A DNA stretch of 36,209 bases. Source: Alphaproteobacteria bacterium (lineage in GTDB: Bacteria; Pseudomonadota; Alphaproteobacteria; Sphingomonadales; Sphingomonadaceae). The stretch lies in contig JAHJSJ010000277.1 of the NCBI GenBank assembly GCA_018830415.1, positions 1-36,209 on the forward strand, read 5' to 3'. The notes below the pieces were generated by a model. The model saw only the letters and a program-made list of their open reading frames with translations. It did not search any database and was not told the DNA's origin. The translations under genes and the position numbers were made by a program. Positions 27,681 through 36,209 of this stretch are shown here, piece after piece (position 1 is the first letter of the stretch; every line of letters begins with the position of its first letter).

Positions 27681-29629
27681 TTGCGCTCCATCACCGCCGG
27701 GGCAGCGGGACGTTTTGCCAGCTTGAGCCAGATCGGCGACGTATAGGCGCGTTCCTGCGCCACGGCGTCATCCATCGCTTCCTTGCTCAGCGTGATCCCG
27801 AACCGTACCGCATCGAACAAAGTCCAGCGCGGTGTCGGGATTTCGATCACGCGCACGTAATAGAACGCGCGCTGACCGGGGGTGTAATCGGGATCGATCC
27901 ACACGGTGCGCAGTTCGGTGGCACCGATGGTGTTGGTGAAGCTCGCGTTCTTGCGGTTGACCGTATCGCCGACCGCCGGAACCTTGCCGCCGCTGCGCAC
28001 ACGTTTGTCCATGTCGCTCCACACGGCATCATAGACGCGTTCCTGCGTCTGGCCACTGGCATCCACCCAGCCTTTGACCACCTGAACCCGGTCAAGATTG
28101 GCACCGTCCGGGTCTTTCAGTGCGCTGATCATGAAACGCGGCGCGGTGCCCGTGTCGGTCAGTTCGCCGCCCATCGGCACGCCGCTGGCATAGCCCTTGC
28201 GTACCCAATCGCCGTCCCAGTCCTGCGCATCGAAATCAAAGCCGCCGAATACCCGCACGCTCATGCGCGGGCCGGTGGTGGCGTAAACCTCGCGCCGGGC
28301 AAAGGCATCAAAGATTTCGGCGCGCGTATTGCCCCGCGCCCAGGCCGCCGCATAGCCGCCGGCAAGGTAATGCCAGCCAAACCTTCCCTGTGACGTGCCA
28401 AGGTTCTGAGGCACCACCGCACGGTCTTTATAGGCCGGTTCGTTGCCGGTATGCTTGCCCCAGAAATTGTCTTCATCCGCGGTGGCGAGCGATGTGTGGC
28501 TATCCGTCGAACCGACCATGCCGAAAGCATAGGGGTTCACGCCCAGCTGTTGTTCCAGCGACAGGCCCCGCTTCAACGCCTCGCGCACATAAGACCCGGC
28601 GAACATATCATCCTTCATCGGCGCGGTGAGCGGCAGGTTGCCCAGTTCCCAGCCCTTGACGCCAAATCCGGCCATTTCATCATTGGGCGAAAGGAACGGA
28701 TGGCTTTCGCTGTCGCCCTTGATCTGGGTTGCCTCAACCACCGGTTCATAGGCAGCGCGCTTCATCGCGTATTCGGCAGTCATGGGCGACCCGTCGGGCA
28801 TGGTCATTTCGAACATCAGCCCGTTCGAAACGTTGGAATTGTGCGGGATCGCCAGCGCCTTGCCGCCGGTGCTCTGTTCATAGGCGGCGAGGTAATCCCA
28901 CAGCTGTTCGGCGGTCGTGCTGAGGCCCGGAAAAGGCAGCACGGTTTCGGTCCGGTCGCGGCCATCGCGGAACATGACCACCCGGTGCAGATTGTTACCA
29001 TCAGGCATCAAGGTCCATTCGAACCCCGCCAGCGCGGTGAACTTGCCCGGCTTGTTGTAACGGTCAAGAATGCTCAGGTGGGTAGCCCAGATGTCGCGCG
29101 TGTTCTCTTCCTGATTGGACTGATCGCGTAGCGCCGCGGGCAATTCGTTATTGGCCGCCGCCGTCACCAGTTCGGCAACGGCGCGAACCGACTGTTCGGG
29201 GCTTTCGTGCATCATGTCGTACCAGCGCAGCATGGTATCATCGCCGATCACCCATTTCACATACCAGCGCGGGGCGTCATAAAGCCGCCGGGTCGCGCCC
29301 AGCCCGTCCGAGTGATCGGCAATCACGAGGAAATCGAGCGGCCGCGCCAGCCGCGCCTTGCCCCCGGTGGTTGCCTCAACCTCCTCGCCAGAGGCAAAGC
29401 GCAGCGCCTCCTCAGGCCCCAGCCGGACGCCAAAGCCGAATGCGTCGATCGAATTGTCGGTGTGAAGATGGGTGTCGCCCCAATATGGGCGATCGGGAAA
29501 TTCGGCGAGCGTGATCGTGCCTTCGCCGGTGCCGGTCTGATCTTCGGGCACGTCGGGTTCGCCGCCGCAAGCGGCCAGTGCCGTGGCCAGAACACTTGCC
29601 AGCGCCAGCCGGCCGATTGCGCGCTTCAT
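27677..29629 (-). CDS. DUF3604 family PHP-fold metallohydrolase-like lipoprotein
   Basis: ATG 29629 with GGAGGGAG RBS, lipobox LAAC, WGDTHLHT, ADHSD, IPHNSN, GSTDSHT, EVYATTGPR, FYYVRVIEIPTPRW, QERAYTSPIW. Confidence 0.88.
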   Translation of the reverse strand: MKRAIGRLALASVLATALAACGGEPDVPEDQTGTGEGTITLAEFPDRPYWGDTHLHTDNSIDAFGFGVRLGPEEALRFASGEEVEATTGGKARLARPLDFLVIADHSDGLGATRRLYDAPRWYVKWVIGDDTMLRWYDMMHESPEQSVRAVAELVTAAANNELPAALRDQSNQEENTRDIWATHLSILDRYNKPGKFTALAGFEWTLMPDGNNLHRVVMFRDGRDRTETVLPFPGLSTTAEQLWDYLAAYEQSTGGKALAIPHNSNVSNGLMFEMTMPDGSPMTAEYAMKRAAYEPVVEATQIKGDSESHPFLSPNDEMAGFGVKGWELGNLPLTAPMKDDMFAGSYVREALKRGLSLEQQLGVNPYAFGMVGSTDSHTSLATADEDNFWGKHTGNEPAYKDRAVVPQNLGTSQGRFGWHYLAGGYAAAWARGNTRAEIFDAFARREVYATTGPRMSVRVFGGFDFDAQDWDGDWVRKGYASGVPMGGELTDTGTAPRFMISALKDPDGANLDRVQVVKGWVDASGQTQERVYDAVWSDMDKRVRSGGKVPAVGDTVNRKNASFTNTIGATELRTVWIDPDYTPGQRAFYYVRVIEIPTPRWTLFDAVRFGITLSKEAMDDAVAQERAYTSPIWLKLAKRPAAPAVMERK

Positions 29630-29684
29630 GCCTTCTCCCTCCAACATCGCCTCAACTGCGGTATTGTGCCGCAAGGCCCGCCCG

Positions 29685-30134
29685 TCAAGCCGAACGCCTG
29701 AGCAGCGCCGACCGTTCGCACCGGCACACCACTTCGCCGCGTTGATTCCACATTTCGTGGACGAAGGTGACGATCCCGGCATCGGGGCGCGAATTGCTGG
29801 CGCGCAGTTCCTTGACCTCGCTCACCGCGCGCAGGGTGTCACCGATGAACACCGGCTTGGGCGTTACCACCTTATCAAACCCAAGATTGGCGACCAGCGT
29901 GCCAAGCGTGGTATCCCCCACCGACAGGCCGACCAGCAGGCTGAAGGTGAAGGTCGAGTTCACCAGAATCTGCCCATAACCGCTCGCCTTGGCCGCCTCG
30001 ACATCAAGATGCAGCGGCTGCGGATTGTGGGTCATGGTGGAAAACAGCAGATTATCCGTCTCGGTCACGGTGCGGCGGATCTCGTGCTCGATCCGTTCAC
30101 CCACCACCCATTCATCGAAAAACTTGCCCGCCAT
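29685..30134 (-). CDS. MaoC-family (R)-specific enoyl-CoA hydratase-like protein
   Basis: [28 protein letters not shown] hotdog-fold motifs. Confidence 0.88.
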   Translation of the reverse strand: MAGKFFDEWVVGERIEHEIRRTVTETDNLLFSTMTHNPQPLHLDVEAAKASGYGQILVNSTFTFSLLVGLSVGDTTLGTLVANLGFDKVVTPKPVFIGDTLRAVSEVKELRASNSRPDAGIVTFVHEMWNQRGEVVCRCERSALLRRSA

Positions 30135-31216
30135 CAGCCCTGCTCCGCCCAGCGTGCGACCACATCCGCACCGTCATCCACGCTCGAACGCACTGTGCCC
30201 GGTGTGCGGCTGAAACGCGGCGCGGGGGCCGGGTGCCATGCGCCGTCATGTTCCAGATAGGCCCCGCGCGCTTTCATGTGCGGATGATCGCGCGCCTCGT
30301 CCAGCCCCAGCACCGGGGCAAAGCAGGCGTCGCTGCCTTCGAGCAACGCGCACCATTCGGCCTGCGTTCGGGTCAGGAACAGCGCCGCCAGCTTTGCAGC
30401 GTAATCATCCCAGTTGGCGCGGTTCATCTGGTCTTGCGCCAATTCTTGCGGAGCGCCCGTTTTCGCCAGCATCTCGGCATAGAATTGCGGCTCGATCGAT
30501 CCCAGCGAGATTTCCTTGCCATCCTTGCAGGTGAAACAGCGGTAGAAATGCGCCGCCCCGCCCAGCATCCCCTTGCCCCGCGCGGTGGAAAGGTGCGGCA
30601 CATGGCGCACCCCGAAGAAAAAGCTCATCAGGCTGGTCGCCCCGTCGACAATCGCGGCATCGACCACCTGGCCCCGGCCCGATTTTTCGCGTTCATACAG
30701 CGCAGCCATGATCCCGAAAGCGCAATACATCGACCCCCCGCCGAAATCGCCGACCAGGTTCTGCGGCGGGGTCGCCGGTTCGCCCGCCTTGCCCACCGCC
30801 GCCAGCGCGCCGGTGATGGCGATGTAATTGATATCGTGCCCTGCCGCGTGGGCAAGCGGTCCGTCCTGTCCCCAGCCGGTCATGCGCGCAAAGATCAGGC
30901 GCGGGTTGAGGGCAAGCAATTCTCCCGGCCCCAGCCCCAGCCGCTCCATCACGCCCGGACGAAACCCTTCGATCAGCACATCGGCATGGGCCACGGCGGC
31001 GCGCACCTGTGCCTTGCCCGCCTCGCTCTTGAGATCCAGCGCCAGCCGGTGGCGCGCGCGTTCAACCACCGGGTTGCTGATCCCGGCACCGGGCCGGTCA
31101 ATCCGCACCACTTCAGCGCCCAGATCAGCCAGCAGCATTGCCACATGCGGCCCTGGCCCGATCCCGCTGAATTCAATCACCCTGAGGCCGGAAAGCGGCC
31201 CTGATGGCTGGTTCAT
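30134..31216 (-). CDS. CaiB/BaiF (class III CoA-transferase) family protein, alpha-methylacyl-CoA racemase-like
   Basis: ATG 31216. [52 protein letters not shown]. Confidence 0.92.
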   Translation of the reverse strand: MNQPSGPLSGLRVIEFSGIGPGPHVAMLLADLGAEVVRIDRPGAGISNPVVERARHRLALDLKSEAGKAQVRAAVAHADVLIEGFRPGVMERLGLGPGELLALNPRLIFARMTGWGQDGPLAHAAGHDINYIAITGALAAVGKAGEPATPPQNLVGDFGGGSMYCAFGIMAALYEREKSGRGQVVDAAIVDGATSLMSFFFGVRHVPHLSTARGKGMLGGAAHFYRCFTCKDGKEISLGSIEPQFYAEMLAKTGAPQELAQDQMNRANWDDYAAKLAALFLTRTQAEWCALLEGSDACFAPVLGLDEARDHPHMKARGAYLEHDGAWHPAPAPRFSRTPGTVRSSVDDGADVVARWAEQG

Positions 31217-31368
31217 CTGTCTCTCCCTTTGCCCGTGTGTGGCGTGTCGCGAACCGGAGAGCAAGCCCGCGCTTGCTGCCCCTGGCCTGCGCGGCAATTG
31301 ACAGGGCCAGCGCCCTGCCCATAGGCATTCCTGCGTATTCATGCGGTGCAGCGGAGCGAGGGTGGCGA

Positions 31369-31827
31369 ATGACAAACGGCTTGACCAGAGTGCTTGCCGT
31401 GGCATCGGGCGGCGGCCATTGGGAACAGCTGATGCTGCTGCGAGCGACGCTGGACAATTACGACATCCGCTTTGCCACGACCGAACTTGCGCTGGCGGTT
31501 CAACACGGCATCGCAAATGCCGCGCGCCTGCCTGACTGCAATCAGAACACGCCGGTCCGGTCGCTGCTATGCGCAATGGCGGCATTGTGGACCGTGTTGA
31601 AACACCGCCCGCAGGTGGTGGTATCGACCGGGGCGGCTCCGGGTTTTTTCTGCATCCTTGCCGGACGCCTGATCGGCGCGCGCACCTTGTGGATCGATAG
31701 CGTCGCCAATGGTGAGGAACTGTCACTATGCGGCAAATTGTCGCAGCGCTGGGCGCATGAATGCTGGACGCAGTGGGAACACCTCGGCACGGATTCGCGC
31801 GCGCGCTATTTCGGAGCAGTGCTGTGA
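31369..31827 (+). CDS. Alg14/PssD/CpsF-like glycosyltransferase subunit
   Basis: ASGGGHWEQL, RPQVVVSTGAAPG, WIDSVAN, TQWEHL. Confidence 0.87.
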   Translation: MTNGLTRVLAVASGGGHWEQLMLLRATLDNYDIRFATTELALAVQHGIANAARLPDCNQNTPVRSLLCAMAALWTVLKHRPQVVVSTGAAPGFFCILAGRLIGARTLWIDSVANGEELSLCGKLSQRWAHECWTQWEHLGTDSRARYFGAVL

Positions 31828-32306
31828 TCCTTGTCACTGTCGGGATGCAGTTGGGGTTTGATCGCCTGATCGCGGCGATGGACGCGCTTGCACCCACACT
31901 GGGCCGGCAAGTAATCGCGCAAACCGGCAAGGGCCGCTATGTTCCGCAAAATATGGATGCGCGCGCCAAAATCGCGCCCGCGGCGTTTGAAAAGCTGGTG
32001 CAGCAATCGGCCCTGATCGTCAGCCATGCCGGGATCGGCACGGTGCTGACCGCCGCGCGCTTTTCTACACCGATCATCCTGATCCCGCGCCGCGCCGCGC
32101 TGGGCGAACATCGCAATGATCACCAGCTGGCGACTGTGGATCAGCTTTCCGGACGGCCCGGCGTTCTGGTGGCGATGAACGAAAGCCAGCTTTCCGCGCG
32201 GATTGCCGAAGGCCTGGCGCTCAGGGACTTGCCAGAGGTGCAATCGCCCACTTCGCGCCAGTTGCACGCCGCACTGGCCGCCTTCATCGAAAACCGCCGA
32301 TTGTGA
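31824..32306 (+). CDS. Alg13/PssE/CpsG-like glycosyltransferase subunit (GT28 C-terminal domain)
   Basis: GTG start overlapping the upstream stop. ILVTVG.QLGFDRL, SHAGIGTV, GEHRNDHQ. Confidence 0.87.
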   Translation: MILVTVGMQLGFDRLIAAMDALAPTLGRQVIAQTGKGRYVPQNMDARAKIAPAAFEKLVQQSALIVSHAGIGTVLTAARFSTPIILIPRRAALGEHRNDHQLATVDQLSGRPGVLVAMNESQLSARIAEGLALRDLPEVQSPTSRQLHAALAAFIENRRL

Positions 32307-32418
32307 CCTTCGCTGTCCCGATGCCTGACAAAGCTCGGTTAAAAACCCGGCAAGCCTAACGCGATTTTAAGGGCTTTGCGGCCATGGTTCCGCCTGAAAA
32401 TGCCGGGACAATGATTTC

Positions 32419-33723
32419 ATGAATGCACCCTTTTATGCCAATGCCGCGCTTGGGCGTGAGGCAATCGTTCATCCCGCGCCCGATCATCAGGTCGCGGTGA
32501 TCGGGCTGGGCTATATCGGCCTGCCAACCGCGGCGCTGCTCGCCTCTTACGGCTGGCAGGTATGCGGCGTGGACGTTTCGGAAAAGGTGGTCGCCACGGT
32601 CAACGCGGGCGGCGTCCATATCGAGGAACGCGATCTCGATAAACTGGTGCACGATGCCATCACCGCGCAAACGCTGGTGGCATCGACCCAAGTGCCCACC
32701 GCCAGTTTCTACATGATCGCCGTGCCCACCCCGCTGGGGCCGGACAACACGCCCGATATTTCCTATGTCGAAGCCGCCGCGCGCGCGATTGCGCCAAGAA
32801 TCCTGCCGGGTGCCTGCGTGATCGTGGAGAGCACCTCGCCGGTCGGCACCACCGAACGCGTCGCCGCGATCATCGCTGAAATGCGCCCCGATCTGGTGGT
32901 GCCGCGCGATGGCTTCACCGGCGCGGCAGACATTGCGCTGGCCTATTGCCCCGAACGCGTTTTGCCGGGGCAGATCGTCAATGAACTGGTGCATAATGAC
33001 CGGGTGATCGGTGGGGTCACTGCGGCCTGCGCCGAACGGGCTTCGGCGCTCTATGCCAGCTTTGTGAAGGGCGATTGCCTCACCACCACCGCGCGCGTGG
33101 CCGAAACGGTCAAGCTGGTTGAAAACAGTTTTCGCGATGTGAACATCGCGTTCGCCAACGAATTATCGATGATCGCTGACGTGATCGGGGTGGATGTGTG
33201 GGACGTGATCCGGCTGGCCAACCGTCACCCGCGCGTCAACATCCTGCAACCCGGCCCCGGCGTGGGCGGGCATTGCATCGCGGTTGATCCGTGGTTTCTG
33301 GTGGCGGGCGCTCCGCAAGCCGCGCGGTTGGTAAGGACGGCGCGCGAGGTCAATGATCACAAGGCGGTGCATACCGAGGGCCGCATCCGCGCGCTGCTGG
33401 ATTCCGCGCCGGGCGGCAAGGTCGCGCTGCTCGGCCTTGCATTCAAACCCGACATTGACGATTTCCGCGAAAGCCCCGCGCTCGCCATCGCGCAAAGCCT
33501 TTCCCACACGCATGGGCAGCGGATACTGGTGGTCGAACCGTTTACCGAAAGCTTGCCCGATGCCCTTGCCGGATCGGGCGCAGCGCTGGTGACGCTTGAC
33601 GCCGCGTTGCAGGCGGCCGAGATTGTAGTGGTGCTGGTCGATCACACTGCGTTCAAATACCTCTCGCCCGATGATCTGGCGGGCAAGCTGGTGTTCGATA
33701 CGCGAGGCATGCTGCGGCGATGA
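32419..33723 (+). CDS. wecC: UDP-N-acetyl-D-mannosamine dehydrogenase
   Basis: GLGYIGLP, IAVPTP, ESTSPVGTT, CPERVLPG, GVGGHCIAVDP, GLAFKPDIDDFRESP. Adjacent to wecB. Confidence 0.92.
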   Translation: MNAPFYANAALGREAIVHPAPDHQVAVIGLGYIGLPTAALLASYGWQVCGVDVSEKVVATVNAGGVHIEERDLDKLVHDAITAQTLVASTQVPTASFYMIAVPTPLGPDNTPDISYVEAAARAIAPRILPGACVIVESTSPVGTTERVAAIIAEMRPDLVVPRDGFTGAADIALAYCPERVLPGQIVNELVHNDRVIGGVTAACAERASALYASFVKGDCLTTTARVAETVKLVENSFRDVNIAFANELSMIADVIGVDVWDVIRLANRHPRVNILQPGPGVGGHCIAVDPWFLVAGAPQAARLVRTAREVNDHKAVHTEGRIRALLDSAPGGKVALLGLAFKPDIDDFRESPALAIAQSLSHTHGQRILVVEPFTESLPDALAGSGAALVTLDAALQAAEIVVVLVDHTAFKYLSPDDLAGKLVFDTRGMLRR

Positions 33724-34856
33724 GTCCGGTTGGCGGGAAACCCCGCATTCTCGTCACCTTCGGCACCCGGCCCGAAGCGATCAAGATGTTCCCGGTGGTC
33801 GATGCCTTGCGCGAAACCGGGCAGTTCGATGTGAAAGTGGTGGTGACCGCTCAACACCGCGAATTGCTCGATTCGGTGCTCGCGCTAGCCGGACTTAGAC
33901 CCGACCTTGACCTCGACTTGATGCAGCCTAGCCAGTCGCTAGATGCCCTCGCCGCGCGGATTTTGACGCGTTTTGGTGAGGCTTTGGACGCGCTCAAGCC
34001 TGATCGCGTTCTGGTTCACGGCGACACCCTGACGACGATGATGGCGACTTTGGCGTGCTATTTCAGGCGGATACCTGTGGGCCATGTCGAGGCCGGATTG
34101 CGCAGCGGCGATATCTATTCGCCCTGGCCCGAAGAGGTAAACCGCAAGGTAACGGGCGCAGTGGCCGACCTACATTTCGCCCCGACAGCAACCGCGGCGG
34201 CAGCCTTACGCGCTGAAAACGTGCATGAAAAAGCCATACACGTCACCGGCAACACGGTGATCGACGCACTGATGTTTGCGCAGCAAAAACTGGCCGCCGA
34301 TCCGTCATTGGCACCCGCCATCGGCCCGCTAAAACGGCGCTTCGCGGGCAAACGGATCATCGCGGTCACGGCCCACCGACGTGAGAATTTCGGAGCCGGG
34401 ATGCAGGAAATTGCCAATGCCTTACAGACACTTGCTAGGCACACAGACGTGGCGATCATCTACCCGCTGCACCCCAATCCCAACGTCGCAGAAGTCATGC
34501 GCCCCGCGCTTTCGGGGCATGACAACATCGCCTTGATCGACCCGCTCGACTACCTCGATTTCGTCGCGATGATGGAAGCTTGCGACATTGTCCTAACCGA
34601 TTCAGGCGGCATCCAGGAGGAAGCGCCCAGCCTCGGGAAACCAGTGCTGGTGATGCGCGACACTACCGAACGGCCCGAAGGTGTTGCCGCAGGGACAGCA
34701 CGATTGGTCGGGGCAGACGCAGCAAAAATCATCATGGAAACCAGTCGTTTGCTTGACGACAGTGACGCTTACGACCGCATGGCCAGGGCGCATAATCCCT
34801 ATGGCGATGGCACCGCCAGCCGCACGATTGCAGCGATCCTTACCACTGCCGGATAG
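33720..34856 (+). CDS. wecB: UDP-N-acetylglucosamine 2-epimerase (non-hydrolysing)
   Basis: FGTRPEAIKM, HGDT, HVEAGLRS, WPEE.NR, HRREN, DSGGIQEEAP, TERPE, NPYGDG. Confidence 0.96.
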   Translation: MSPVGGKPRILVTFGTRPEAIKMFPVVDALRETGQFDVKVVVTAQHRELLDSVLALAGLRPDLDLDLMQPSQSLDALAARILTRFGEALDALKPDRVLVHGDTLTTMMATLACYFRRIPVGHVEAGLRSGDIYSPWPEEVNRKVTGAVADLHFAPTATAAAALRAENVHEKAIHVTGNTVIDALMFAQQKLAADPSLAPAIGPLKRRFAGKRIIAVTAHRRENFGAGMQEIANALQTLARHTDVAIIYPLHPNPNVAEVMRPALSGHDNIALIDPLDYLDFVAMMEACDIVLTDSGGIQEEAPSLGKPVLVMRDTTERPEGVAAGTARLVGADAAKIIMETSRLLDDSDAYDRMARAHNPYGDGTASRTIAAILTTAG

Positions 34857-34873
34857 TTTGCCCGGCTAACAGC

Positions 34874-35422
34874 TCAAGGGCGCGTACGCACCAATTGGAC
34901 ATAATAGATCGCTGCAACCAGCACCATCAGGCTCACACCGATATCAATCACCCAATTAAGTTTCAGAGGCCCGAAAAGCAGGGCATCGATCATGTGCAGC
35001 GAGGCGATGCGCAAGGCCATCAGACACACCATCGCAGCAGCGGCAAGAACCCCAGCCAAACGCGCAACGTTCCGGCGCCCGCGAAGGTTGCGTGTCCATC
35101 GCTGCAGCGCGAAAATCGCTCCCACTCCTGCGATGGTCAGTATCACCACTACCAGCGGGGCTTGAAGGCTGCGGCGGTCGCCATAATGACCTGATATTCT
35201 GAGATAATCACGAAGAATTGCGCGCAGCCATTCTTCGGCATTGACCAGACGCAGTGCAATCAGGACGGCGAAGAACAGCGCTAGCATCAACCACGTTCGC
35301 AGGTGCCCCGACCCTTGTCGCTGGCGCAGCGCGGTCGCGGCAGCGGCAAGGCAAGCGAGCATGACAATGCCGTAAAGGCCACTTGCGGCAAGGCTAAAGG
35401 TTGATGGACCCGATATCGTCAC
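34874..35422 (-). CDS. Hypothetical multi-TM membrane protein
   Basis: 182-aa ORF with about 5 hydrophobic helices, convergent with wecB. Confidence 0.65.
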   Translation of the reverse strand: MTISGPSTFSLAASGLYGIVMLACLAAAATALRQRQGSGHLRTWLMLALFFAVLIALRLVNAEEWLRAILRDYLRISGHYGDRRSLQAPLVVVILTIAGVGAIFALQRWTRNLRGRRNVARLAGVLAAAAMVCLMALRIASLHMIDALLFGPLKLNWVIDIGVSLMVLVAAIYYVQLVRTRP

Positions 35423-35612
35423 TGACTTTCCCGCCGCAGTTTACCAGTTGGGCCACGCCGCCGCGGTGTGACCATGTCGATCATTCAGCCAACCAATTCT
35501 GCGCACAAGGCAATTCTGATAAGATGAAAGATTTCCTGTATTACATCTGAAAGCCCCGTCGCCGAGTATGGCTCGATGTGGTCGACGCCTCGAATCGTGT
35601 GCTCATCCGGCA

Positions 35613-36209
35613 TTAGGTCACGTGGACAAAGGGTATCCATAGTTTGATTGAGGCGAGCGCGACGAAGCCGAGGTAGGACTCTTTGGTTTTGTCGTAGCGG
35701 GTGGCGACGCGCCGCCAGTTCTTGAGTTTGTTGAAGAGGCGTTCGATCAGATTGCGCCATTTGTATTTCGCGCGATCGTGCGGGGCGGGGTTACGTCGGT
35801 TGACCTTGGCCGGGATCACCGCCTCGACACCGGCTGCCGTGATCTCGTCGCGGATCGCATCGGCATCGTATCCCCGATCAGCCAGGAAGGCCTCGATCCG
35901 GTCGGTTATCATGCGGAACAGCGGAGCGAAGCCCTGCACATCGTGCGCCGGTCCCGGTGTCAGCACGCAGCCGAGCGGGAGACCTCTGGCATCGCACCGC
36001 GCGTGGAGCTTGGTGGTGAAGCCGCCGCGCGATCGGCCAAGCGCCTCTGTTTGCTGAGTCCCCTTTTTATGCCGACGGCACAATGATGTGCCCGGACCAC
36101 CATGCTATCAATCATGTCGGCGGCGGTATCGCGCCCTGCCAGCTCGGCCAGCGTCTCGAGCATGGCATCGAACACGCCGGTCGTGACCCATCGTCGATAG
36201 CGCCGGAAG
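35613..36209 (-). mobile_element. IS5-family (IS427-like) insertion sequence, 3' portion, with a split transposase
   Basis: OrfA tail FRRYRRWVTTGVFD...IDSMVVRAH. OrfB LGRSRGGFTTKLH, ADRGYD, YKWRNLIERLFNKLKNWRRVATRYDK. Junction at AAAAAGGGG. Probable terminal IR GGTCACGTGGACAAA from 35616. Confidence 0.9.

Noticed and set aside
31217-31930. N-terminal extension of the CaiB/BaiF ORF (598 aa)
   Set aside because: Antisense to the Alg14/Alg13-like genes. An RBS (GGGAGAG) precedes ATG 31216.

Overview
GC-rich alphaproteobacterial chromosome segment. Gene content and order suggest Sphingomonadales/Erythrobacteraceae (inference). The left part is core: ubiE (partial), mutM, rpsT, dnaA, a DUF983-like gene, a MoeB/ThiF-family gene, cobB, dapB, a ZIP transporter, nth, a DAACS symporter, dapE and a LysE exporter. 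The middle holds GST plus an S1/P1 nuclease, a VOC protein, an sdpR-sdpI-secreted hydrolase operon, a PLD/cardiolipin synthase, rpoZ, an orphan ParA and ftsH. The right part holds TetR with a tripartite ABC exporter, a DUF3604/PPIase-like/HupE-UreJ operon, a MaoC + CaiB/BaiF pair, the edge of a polysaccharide locus (Alg14/Alg13-like pair, wecC, wecB) and a frameshifted IS5-family element cut by the window end. Best candidates for uncharacterised systems are (1) the translationally coupled DUF3604 PHP-type lipoprotein + PPIase-like + HupE/UreJ trio and (2) a toxin-less SdpR/SdpI immunity module with a secreted serine hydrolase. Notable non-coding signals are a helically phased TTGAC array upstream of the orphan parA and a highly structured dnaA leader. 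No rRNA, tRNA or CRISPR array was seen. All family calls are from motif recognition by eye; no searches were run.
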